Part shown: piece after piece, positions 49,909 through 60,599 of the stretch
How positions within the stretch are numbered: the stretch's first letter is position 1
Layout of the letters: every line of letters begins with the position of its first letter
NCBI RefSeq assembly: GCF_964213995.1
Contig: NC_135830.1
Span: 15,748,001-15,812,000 of the forward strand
From: Mustelus asterias
Lineage: Eukaryota
Reading direction: 5' to 3'
Length of the DNA: 64,000 bases
Translations under genes and position numbers: made by a program
The notes under the pieces: generated by a model
Told to the model about the DNA's origin: nothing
The model's database searches: none
What the model saw: the letters and a program-made list of their open reading frames with translations, nothing else

Positions 49909-52149
49909 TGTGTGTGTGTGTGTCCCTGGGCACAGTTCCCAGAGAGTTTAAAATCTTCTTACAGCTAGCCAATTCCTGATCCAAACCGCTAAATCACCCT
50001 CAATCCCATGCCTCCGTATATTCTGCAATAGCTTAACCGTGAGGTTAGAGTGTTAAAATCTGAAATAAAACAGTCAACGCCACAAAGAGTCAACAGGCCC
50101 GGCAGTTTGTGTGGAGGCAGAAACAGAGTGAAACACACAGTTAAACATCCATATGAATCAAGAGCAGCAGTAGACCTTTGGGCTGCTCTGCTCCAGATAA
50201 GATCCCAGCTGATCTGACTGTGACCAAAACTCCACTTTCCTCTCAAGAATTCAATGAATCAGCCTTAAAAATATTCAATGACTCTCTCTCCACTGCTCTC
50301 TGGGGAAGAGAATTCCACAGACCAAAGACCCTCTGAGAGAAAAAAAAATCTCATTCTCTCTCTTTCAGACGTCTTAAATCCGCTCGTTCTCCGGAGCCAC
50401 ACAGGGAAAGCCAGACCCGTGAAGAAGGGAGAGAGGGAGGTGGAGAAGAACAAAATGAAAAATCTGCAAACTGATAACATGATTCACAGCCCAAGACCAA
50501 AACGAGTGTTAATGGGACAAGTAAAGACACAAAAGATTATCTGGATGAGGTGTAAATAGCCGGTTAGCAATAGTCCGAATGCAAAGTAAAGAAAACAAGA
50601 GGGAAATGAGGTGAAAAAAGCAACAACGAAACACAGAACACACTGGGGGCAGAGATTGTGGTGTAAAATTGTTGAGCTCAGTTTTGTTCTGAAGGCTGTA
50701 AAGTGTCTCTTTTAGTTGCGGGAAATAATATATTTCCCAGTTCCGATGACAGGTCACATTCAGTCTGTTTCTCTCTCCACAGAGGCTGCCTGACTTGTTG
50801 AGTATTTCCAGCGTTTCCTGCTTTATGTCACAGAGAATGTCGAAGAATTGTTACACCCGGAACAGATGTCTCTTCCTCGGGACACTCCAGCTCGGGTCAG
50901 GGTGGGGGGATAATGTTCACTGTTTTATATTTGTGTCTGGTGCGAATAATACCTTAAATTAAATGGAGAAGTTTTTTTAAACTGAAGAGAGTAACTGAAA
51001 CTGACTTTAAACAACGTTAACAAGCCAGGGCTGCTGGAGAAACATTTTGGGATTTGTGAGCAGTCAGTTCCGGCTGGTTTGAAGTGAAATTCTGTCGGTG
51101 CTGCGGCAAATCTGAACTCAAACCAGATAAACTGGAACCGCTGGGTTAGAGATTCCGGGTGTTGGGATGTGGAGGCTGGGGGAGGGGGAGATGGCGGTAA
51201 GACTCTGAGCCTGAGTTTAGACAGGGTGAGCGGGGTAAAGGGGAGGAATGACAGAGTTAATGTGGGAGTCAGGGACAATAGCAGAAGGTGGGAAGCTCTG
51301 GAAAGGAGCAACCAGGGTAAAGGCCATCAAAGAATGCTTGTTTAAATGAAGATAAAAGCAAAATACTGCGGGTGCTGGAATCTGAAACAGAAAATGCTGG
51401 AAATCTCAGCGGATCTGACTGCATCTGTGGTGAGCGAATAGAGTTAATGCTTCCAGTCTGGATGATCATAGGTGCTGCCAGAAATGCTGAGGTTCTCCAG
51501 CATTTTCTGTTTGTGTTTAACTGAAGGTTCAGCAGGGAAACAAGCAGCGATTTCACACACACTAAACCCAGGGAGAGGGGGTGACCCAGGATAAGGGACA
51601 GGCGCAGCTCAGTGAGGCTCAGCAAAGTCCAGCAATCTGTCCACATTGAGAGCTTAGAGCGCCAAGGGGGAGGGGAAGGACAAACTATTTGGGACACAGC
51701 AGGAGGTCACCCCTCCCCCCATTCTGTGGTTCCACAGACCCTCCCACACCTGGGCAAGGTTGGCTCGAGGTGCAGGAAGCTGCAAGCTGAGAGGCTGAGC
51801 TGTGAACTGGGCCGGGTTGGGGGTTTGAGTGACAGTCCTGGGGTTATATCAGGACAGGAACTGCCACAGGTTCCCCCTTTTTCCTGGGACGTTTCAGTGG
51901 AGCTGTGTTGGTGAGTGTTTGTAATCTCTGTCTCACTGTCTCGGTAATGGGGGTGGGTTGTAGATTGCTGTGAGTGTTAGACTAAATAACCTCTCCTCAT
52001 GCTGCCAGTTCCAGTCTGCAGACTCCATTTCTCAGTCCAGTTTGCTGCTCTGTCTCTGTCTCTCTGTACTTTGCTGCAGTGCTCCACATTCTGAGCAACA
52101 TCCAGCCCATTGTTATCACCCGAAATTTGCTGCAAACTCCCTTCACTGT

Positions 52150-52950
52150 GACACAGTGGTTAGCACTGCTGCCTCACAACGCCAGGGTTCGACTCCAGCC
52201 GTGGGTGTGTGACTGTCTGTGTGGAGTTTACACAGTAAGAAGTCTCACAATATCAGGTTAAATTCCAATAAATTCATTTGGAATCAATGCAAATTACTGC
52301 GGATTCTGGAATCTGAAACCAAAAGAGAAAATGCTGGAAAATCTCAGCAGGTCTGGCAGCATCTGTAAAGAGAGAAAAGAACTGACATTTTGAGTCCAGA
52401 TGACCGTTTGTCAAAGTTGCTCCTTCATCAGCACTCCAAAAGCTCGTGGTTCCAGATAACCTGGTGTTGTGAGACTTCTTACTGTGCCCACCCCAGTCCA
52501 ACATCTCCACCTCAGGTGTGGAGTTTGCACAATCTCCCCCTGTCTGTGTGCATTTCCTCTGGGTGCTCTGGTTTCCTCTCACTGCCCAAAGATGTGCAGG
52601 TTCGGTGAATTGACCATGTTAAATTTGTCCCTTAGTGTCCCAAGATGTGTAGGGTCTAATTTGATTTGTTATTGTTGCGCGTTCTGGGATACAGTGAAAA
52701 TTATTTCTTGCGTGTTATACAGAAAAAAGTCATAACTTGGTAAAGTACACAGGGGGAAAGGAACAGAGTCGGGTACAGAATATATTGTTGCGGTTGCAGG
52801 CAGGGTGAAGAAAAAGGTCAGGATGGGGAATAGCAGAGTAAGTGCGTGGGGTTACTGGGATAGGGGGTGAGCCTGGGAAAGATGCTCTCAGAGTCAGTAC
52901 AGACTCGATGGGTAAAATGGCCTCTTTCTGCACTGGAAGGATTCTATGAT
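52150..52950 (+). mobile_element. HE1 SINE disrupted by Penelope-derived fragments (about 52234-52512)
   Basis: The HE1 head gtgtggagttt resumes after agtaagaagtctcac...gtgagacttcttact inverted ends. Confidence 0.7.
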
Positions 52951-52999
52951 TAGTGATTTACGGTGAGCAACTTTTGAATAGAGGGGTTTCTGGGGCGCA

Positions 53000-53020
53000 G
53001 AGCATTGTGGGAAATGCGAC
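53000..53020 (-). promoter_or_regulatory. ZNF143/SBS-like motif upstream of ZNF
   Basis: Reverse complement reads catttcccacaatgc, within a small CpG patch. Confidence 0.45.
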
Positions 53021-53371
53021 CGCCATTAGTCAGTGCGTGACTCTAGATGTTTCATTATAGACTGAGGGCAAGTCAGCAACCGGAGCCCTCAATTCTGTTT
53101 GTAACTCTCACAGGCTGCCTAGTCTGCTGAATATCTCGACGATACTCAGTTCCTGGCCTCCTGCGTGTTTTATTTATTGTTGCTTCGGTCTGGATTCTAT
53201 TCATCACCTGTCTCTATGGGTTCACTCTCAATCCCCTTTTTTCTGTTTTAAATCAGTTTCACAGGGACTAGAAGGGGACGATTTGCAGTCAGGAAACTGA
53301 AAGTAAATATCATATCAGGAACTGCCAGAGTCGTCTAATTTATCATAACTGAATATCAGTGGATTTTGAAC

Positions 53372-54237
53372 ATGGAAGGAAAAAGCACTATTCCCAGTGG
53401 GGAGAAACCGTACACAGGTTCTGTGTGTGGACGAGGCTTCAGCCGATCCTCTGGCCTGTCAAAACGTAAGTGCAATCACTCCTTGGAAAAACTGTGGAAA
53501 TGTGTGAACTGTGGGAAGGAATTTAATTACCCATCCCAGCTGGAAATTCATCGGCGCAGTCACACTGGGGAGAGGCCATTCACCTGCTCTGAGTGTGGGA
53601 AGGGATTCACTCAGTCATCCAATCTACTTGCTCATCAACGAGTTCACACTGGGGAGAGACCTTTTAAATGCTCAGACTGTGGGAAGTGCTTCAAAAGTTA
53701 TTGGGAACTGATGTCCCACCAACGTGTTCACACTGATGAGAGACTGTTCAGGTGCTCTCACTGTGGGATTGGGTTCAAGCATTCACATAACCTCACTGTA
53801 CACCAGCGAATTCACACTGGGGAGAGGCCATTCACCTGCTTCGAGTGTGGAAAGGGATTCACTCGGTCATCCCAACTAATGACACACCAGCGTATTCACA
53901 CTGGGGAGAGACCTATTAAATGCTCTGACTGAGAAGTGCTCTAAAAGTTCTGATGAACTGACTTCCCATCAACGTGTTCACACTGATGAGAGACCATTCA
54001 GGTGCTCTCACTGTGGGACTGGGTTCAGGCGATCATATGACCTCATTCTACACCAGCGCACCCACACTGGGGAAAGGCCATTCACCTGCTCTGAATGTGG
54101 GAAGGGATTCATTCAGTCCTCCAGCCTGCTGAGACACAAGCGAGCTCACACTGGGGAAACGCCATTCACCTGCTCTGAGAGTGGGAAGAGATTCACTCAG
54201 TCATCCTACCTGCTGAGACACGAAAGAATTCACTAGT
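53372..54237 (+). pseudogene. C2H2 ZNF truncated by a frameshift/stop at about 53930
   Basis: 5 intact fingers, then tctgacTGAgaagtgc. About 4 more fingers lie out of frame downstream. Confidence 0.75.
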
Positions 54238-55303
54238 AACCATGGTGATTGGAATCTGCTGTTAATCCTATCCAGGACTGTAATATGTTCATTGCGTTTG
54301 TTTTTGTTGATGTTAATAAACTCCAGCCAGTTATACTGTTTAATATTCTGAATAAAAGTCAAATAAATTATCTTTGTGTTCAGTGCTGTGAATCTTTTTA
54401 ATATCATCAGCACAACTGAATTCCTTTTGAGTTGCTCTCCCTTTGTCCCTCTTCCATCTTCACCTCCCCACAAGTGCTCATTGGGAATAAAACTCACAAT
54501 CTTCTTTGTCACTAAGTTTGAGACAATCCAATCAGCTGTCTCTACTGCTTCCCTCCTTCCCCTAACCCACTGGAACAAACCTCCTCTAACGCTGCCCTTT
54601 GTCTGAGCTCTGAACTCTCATCTTTCTGCAGTTTCTCTCCTGCCTCCCCTCATCTCCTCTTAGAGCTCATCTTGTCCATGAGACCCATCTCCTGATCCCT
54701 CAATCCTATTCCCACTGAGCTACTGACAGCACAACTTCTCTACATCAGCTGATATTGTCAATATCTTCCTCTCCTTCAAATCCGATATCATCACCCACTT
54801 CTCAATAAAATATCTTTGACACATGCCCTTGTAAACTACCATCCCATCTCCCTTTCCTCTCTAAAGTCCTTGAATGTTTTACCTTCCACATATTGTAACT
54901 TGTTTTCCCTTTATCATTGTGTATAGTAAAGTTTATTTTGTTTGTGCAGAATCTGTGGAATCTTTTGCCTTTATTCACTTGTTAAGTGTCTTGAATCTCC
55001 ACCGTTGTCAATTTTATACAAACTCACCCAAATCTAAAAACTATTTTGTGGGAATTGGGGGAATAGAACAGAAGATGGGTTTCTGCTGCTAAGTTACAAT
55101 CCCAGCTGATGTTACTTCTGGGCAGGAAGGTCCCAGAATAAAACCCCGGCTCAATTGACCGTAACCTTTACCTTTTTGTTTTAGAAATGTGGATGAACAG
55201 AGTCACTGGACGGACAATGAGCTTTTAACAAAAACATCTTTTAAACATGAAAATATTGACAATAACACAAGACTCCTTCATTCCACACAATCACAGTGAG
55301 GGA

Positions 55304-55319
55304 GCTCCCTCTAGTGGCG
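55304..55319 (-). promoter_or_regulatory. CTCF-like motif
   Basis: Reverse complement cgccactagagggagc. Confidence 0.6.
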
Positions 55320-55679
55320 AAGTGAGGTAAATGGCTTCTACCTGGGAGATCACTGAACCCTCAGGCTACTGAAGGATCATTTTCAAACATAGAAACGTAG
55401 GAGGATTGTGCTGCTATATTTTTCTTGTTCCTATTTTTTTATATTAACGCAGACGAATTTATTTAGAGAGTTGAAACTAACCTCAGAAATAGCAACAGGC
55501 GAGTTCGAAGACAAACACATTCACAGACATACACTCTCAGACAGACACAGGCAAACTCGCACACACAGACATGCAGACAAAAAAACACTCTGACTTCCAC
55601 AAATACACACACACTCACAACACAGAGACACACTGAGACCAATTTCAGTCCAAATAATCTGCTGGGCATTAAAATAATG

Positions 55680-56930
55680 TGAGAAGTCTCACAACACCAG
55701 GTTAAAGTCCAACAGGTTTATTTAGTAGCACAAACTACTAGCTTTCGGAGCGCTGCCCCTTCATCAGGAAAGTGGGAGTTCTGTTCACAAACAGGGCTTA
55801 TAAAGACACAAACTCAATTTACAAAATAATTTACATAATCCTGTTCATAAGAACAGGATATGGCGCTCGACTCAATGATCGACAGTTCTGACGCGCCACA
55901 GCGAAAAACCGCACCGACCTCCTCAGAAGACAAACACGGGACACGGTGGACAGAGTACCCTTCGTCGTCCAGTACTTCCCCGGAGCGGAGAAGCTACGAC
56001 ATCGTCTCCGGAGCCTTCAACATGTCATTGATGAAGACGAACATCTCACCTAGGCCGTCCCCACACCCCCACTTCTTGCCTTCAAACAACCGCACAATCT
56101 CAAACAGACGATTGTCTGCAGCAAACTACCCAGCCTTCAGGAGAACACTGACCACGACACCAAACAACCCTGCCACAGCAACTTCTGCACGACATGCCAG
56201 ATCATCGACACGGATGCCATCATCTCACGTGAGAACACCATCCACCAGGTGCACAGTACATACACTTGCAACTCGGCCAATGTTGTCTACCTGATACGCT
56301 GCAGGAAAGGATGTCCCGAGGCATGGTACATCAGGGAAACCATGCAGACACTGTGACAACGGATGAATGAACACCGCTCGACAATCACCAGGCAAGAGTG
56401 TTCTCTTCCTGTTGGGGAACACTTCAGCGGTCACGGGCATTCGGCCTCTGATGTTCGGGTAAGCGTTCTCCAAGGCGGCCTTCAAGACACACGATAGTGC
56501 AGCGTCGCTGAGCAGAGACTGATAGCCAAGTTCCGCACACATGAGGACGGCCTCAACCGGCATCTTGGGTTCATGTCACACTCTCTGTAACCCCCACAAC
56601 TTGCCTGGGCTTGCAAAATCTCACAAACTGTCCTGGCTGGAGACAATACACATCTCTTTAACCTGTGCTTAACCCTCTCTCCACTCATATTGTCTGTACC
56701 TTTAAGACTTGATTAGTTGTAAAGACTCGCATTCCAACCATTATTCTGTAAATTGAGTTGTGTCTTTATATGCTCTGTTTGTGAACAGAACTCCCACTTA
56801 CCTGACGAAGGAGCAGCGCTCCGAAAGCTAGTGGCTTTTGCTACCAAATAATCCTGTTGGACTTTAACCTGGTGTTGTTAGACTTCTTACTGTGTTCACC
56901 CCAGTCCAACGCCGGCATCTCCACATCATC
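55680..56930 (+). mobile_element. Penelope-like element: inverted 5' pLTR, GIY-YIG endonuclease remnant, 3' pLTR
   Basis: CNSANVVYLIRCRKGCPEAWYIRET...RMNEHRS...VGEHF...EQRLIAKF...GLN. Flanked by taaaataatg on both sides. Confidence 0.9.
56794..56834 (+). ncRNA. Minimal hammerhead ribozyme motif
   Basis: CUGACGA-aggagc-agc-gcucc-GAAA-gc-UA-gugg. Confidence 0.65.
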
Positions 56931-57439
56931 ACTAAAATAATGACAGAAGCAAATTTGAAACTCAGTGCGTGGGTTTTATTGTGAAATGAGAAAATGTATT
57001 AATATATCCTCCAGCTCGGGTTGCTTTGGAATTGATGATTTCTCTGCTGTCTATAAGGTTACCAAACAAATATTAAATTGTAGAGATTGTGAAGTTTGAG
57101 TTGTAATATCTATTGGTCTAAAATATCTGGGAGCAGAGTGGATGTGATGAAGGCTGGAATACAGACTGGAGGAATGAGGATGAAACTGCTGTGCAGAGTG
57201 AATGGTTCTTGTTATCAGGAAGGATGGATGGAGAGAGGGAGGGATGGTGAGATGGATGGAAGGAGGGGTGGATGGAGGGAGAGGGATGGATGGAGGGAGG
57301 GCGAGATGGATGGAGGAAGGGATGGATAGGTGAATGTGAGAAGCTGAAGTTTACATTTGAAGAGGTTCTCAGAGTCTTTGAGCAGCTGAACAGCGAAAGC
57401 CTTTGGGCAGAGACTGTGCTACTGCTGTTTCCCCTCCAG

Positions 57440-57605
57440 TCCATCAGGGTTCGCTGTAACCCTCTCGGCTGCTGCTCCCCCTGGGTGTCACCTCTTGCCC
57501 GCTCTGCCCGGCTGCTGTTCCTTGGCGGATGGGGGATCGGAGAGGAATTGGAGAAAGAGGTGGAACAGTAGGGCGCATGCGTAGCCGCCATGTTTGTTAG
57601 GGGCA
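57440..57605. promoter_or_regulatory. Small CpG promoter upstream of the 58.4-kb ZNF
   Basis: NRF1 gcgcatgcg at about 57572 adjacent to YY1 gccgccatgtt at about 57584. Confidence 0.55.
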
Positions 57606-57802
57606 ATGTTTTGAAATTCTTCCCAGTGACAGAATTTGAACAACTTGTCCATCAAAGTGCTTCACTCTTTCACTTCCAATTTCTTACTGATGAGCAGAAC
57701 AACAAAATCAGGGCAGCGAAGATAATTTGTATTCATACTGTGTCTTTAACAAAATAAAATAGTCCCAGACATTTCACAAAATTGTTCCAGTTCTTTGAAA
57801 AA

Positions 57803-58050
57803 GGGTAGCACAGTGGTTAGCACTGCTGCCTCACAGCTCCAGTGACCCAGGTTCAACTCCAGCCTCGGGTGACTGTGTCTCCCCGTGTCTGCGTGGGTTT
57901 TCATCTGGGTGCTCCTGTTTCCTCTCACAGTCCAATGACGTGCAGGCTAGGTGGATTGGCCATGCTAAATTGCCCCTTAGTGCCCCAAGATGTGTAGGTT
58001 CGGGGAAGTAACAGGATATGTGGGGCTACGGGGATAGGACCTGGGTGCAG
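57803..58050 (+). mobile_element. HE1 SINE (3' truncated)
   Basis: Head and V-domain present. Confidence 0.8.
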
Positions 58051-58356
58051 AGTCCAGACAAGTTGGCAGGTTTCTTTCCCTGAAGGACATGAGTGAATCA
58101 ATTGAATCCAGCAGTTTTCATGGTCACTTTTTCCCAGTGCCGGCCCCACAAGTGACCAGATTCATTCAGCTCAATTTCACAACCTGTCTTTGTGCTTTTG
58201 TGGGTTCTCTCTCACTCCCTTTTTTCTGTTTTAAATCAATTTCACAGGGTTTTAGAAGGGGACGATTTGCAGTTGGGAAACTGAAACCAAACATCACATT
58301 AGGGAATGATACTGTCGGCTAATTTATCGTAACCTGAATATTGTCATATTTTAAAC

Positions 58357-59224
58357 ATGGAAGAAAAAAGCACCGTTCACAGCGGAGAGAAACCCTACTC
58401 GTGTTCTGTGTGTGGACAGGGATTCAATCGATCATCTGCCCTGTCAAAACATAAATGCAGTTATGATGGGGACAAGCTGTGGAAATGTGAGGACTGTGGG
58501 AAGGGATTCAATTATCCATCCCAGCTGGAAACTCATCGGCGTGGTCACACCGGGGAGAGGCCGTTCACCTGCTCGGACTGCGGGAAAGGATTCACTAAGT
58601 CATCCACCCTGCTGACACACCAGCACACACACTGGGCAGAGGCCATTCACTTGCTGTGTGTGTGGGATGGGATTCACTCAGTCACCCACGCTGTTAACAC
58701 ACCAGCGAATTCACACTAGGCAGAGACCATTCACCTGCTCCGAGTGTGGGAAAGGATTCATTAATTTATCCAACCTGACAACACATCAAAGAAGTCACAC
58801 TGACGAGAGACCGTTTAAATGTCTGGACTGTGGGAAGAGTTATAAAACCTCTCAGGAACTTATGTACCATCAACAAGTTCACACTGACGAGAGACCGTTC
58901 AGGTGCTCTCACTGCGGAACTGGGTTCAGGCGATGATCTCATCTCACCGTTCACCAGCGCACTCACACGGGAGATAGACCATTCACCTGCTCTCGGTGTG
59001 GGAAGAGATTCACTCAATCATCAGCACTGCTCAGACACCAGCGAGTTCACACTGGGGAGAGGCTGTTCACCTGCAATGATTGTGGGAAGAGATTCACTCG
59101 GTCATCCAACCTGCTGACACACCAGTGAGTTCACACTGGGAAGAGACCATTTACGTGTTCTGTGTGTGCGATGGGATTTACTCAGTCATCCAATCTGCTG
59201 AGACACCAGCAAATTCACAGTTAA
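58357..59224 (+). pseudogene. Frameshifted C2H2 ZNF (about 10 fingers)
   Basis: [14 protein letters not shown] start, frameshift at about 58630, stops at 58934 and about 59126. Confidence 0.85.
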
Positions 59225-59689
59225 CTCCAGAGATTGGATTGTGTTGTCAATCAGATTGAGAACTGAGCTATGTCCATTAGGGTCTGTTTCTGCTGATGTT
59301 AATAAACTTCAGTTCAGTTATAGAGACTAATATTCTGGACAAAAATCAAATATGTTGTCTTTGATTTAAACATGCTGTGTCGAGCCTTTCTAATATCTCT
59401 AACACAAGTTAGTTCCTTTTGAAGGACTCTCCCTTTCTCTTGTCTCCTCCAACCTCACCTCCAACAACAAAGTGTGAGGAGCTGATGAGTTTCTGTCACT
59501 AAGATTGAGACAATCTGATCAGCTGCTTCCTTCCCTTCCACTCACCCACTGGGCCAGACTGTCTGGAAAGCTCCTCTGTGTCCAAGCTCTGAACTCACAT
59601 CTTTCTCCAGTCTCTCTCCTATTTCCCATCAAACCCTCTGATTGTTCATCTTGTCCATGGGACCTGCTTTCAACTCCCTTTTCTCTGAA

Positions 59690-60065
59690 ATCTTTAACTC
59701 TGAACCCCAGAGTCCAGTGAATTTTGGTAAATTACCACTGGTGCATTTGCTATTTCTCCCACCAGCTCTTTTAGTACCCTGGGATGCATTCCACCAGGAC
59801 CAGGAGACTTGTCTACCTTTCGCCCCATTAAACTGCCCACCACTACCCCTTTCGTGAGATTGATAGTTTCTAGGTTCTCACCTTCCATAGCCTTCCTGTC
59901 ATCGATTTTTGGCATGTTATTTGTGTCTTCCACTGTGAAGACCGACACAAAATACCTGTTCAATGCCACAGACATTTTCTCATTTCCAGTTATTACATCC
60001 CCCTTCTCGTCCTCTAAAGGACAAATGTTTACTTCAGCCACACTTTTTCATTTTATATCTTTGTA
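59690..60065 (-). mobile_element. CR1 ORF2 fragment
   Basis: LNRYFVSVFTVED...DKSPGPGGMHPRVLKEL. Confidence 0.8.
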
Positions 60066-60066
60066 G

Positions 60067-60599
60067 ATTGGGGCGGTGGGGAGCGGGACTCCCTGATGGA
60101 ACATCACCCAGCGATCTGTGAGGAAATGGAAGCCCCCCCCCCCCACGCCTCCCACAGATGTCACTCGTCAATGGGCCAAAACCTAAAGGCAGCAGGAGGA
60201 AGGCCACCAGACATCTCCAGGGCGTGCCTGCAACCCCCCTCGTGCCCTGTTAGCAGCACTTACCTCCTCACGCCAGTTCAAGGCTGCCACGCCAGGTTGC
60301 AACTTTTAAATACCTATTCTGATTCGTGCCAAAATTACATCATGCCAAAGAATTGGGAGACGCAGACGTGTGCGGAGATTGCCATGTGGACTCCGATAAT
60401 AGCATGCAGAAGTATATAAACTCATGCTAAACAACGGCCCGCCGATTTTCAGCGGGTTCCCGGCGGCGCCATTTTTCTCTGGCTTGGAGATGCGCGCGGG
60501 TCGAAAAGAACTGCTGGGGAACCCACTAAATGGCCGACACGCGCATCTCCCAGCCCGACCCGCCAGAAAAGTGGCGGGCCGCAATGAAGAATCGCGGCC
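60067..60599. mobile_element. GC-rich insertion, possibly a truncated non-autonomous DNA transposon
   Basis: Abrupt GC shift. Ends in agaatcgcggcc, resembling the MITE end at about 5110. Left TIR not seen. Confidence 0.4.

Noticed and set aside
52144-52158. cactgtg-a-cacagtg resembling an RSS signal joint or D segment
   Set aside because: The second heptamer is the normal HE1 SINE head (cacagtggttagc), and no nonamer lies at 12 or 23 nt.
57118-57606. 162-aa minus-strand ORF
   Set aside because: It spans promoter motifs, a GGAT-type microsatellite and the duplicated non-coding arm, and has no domain.
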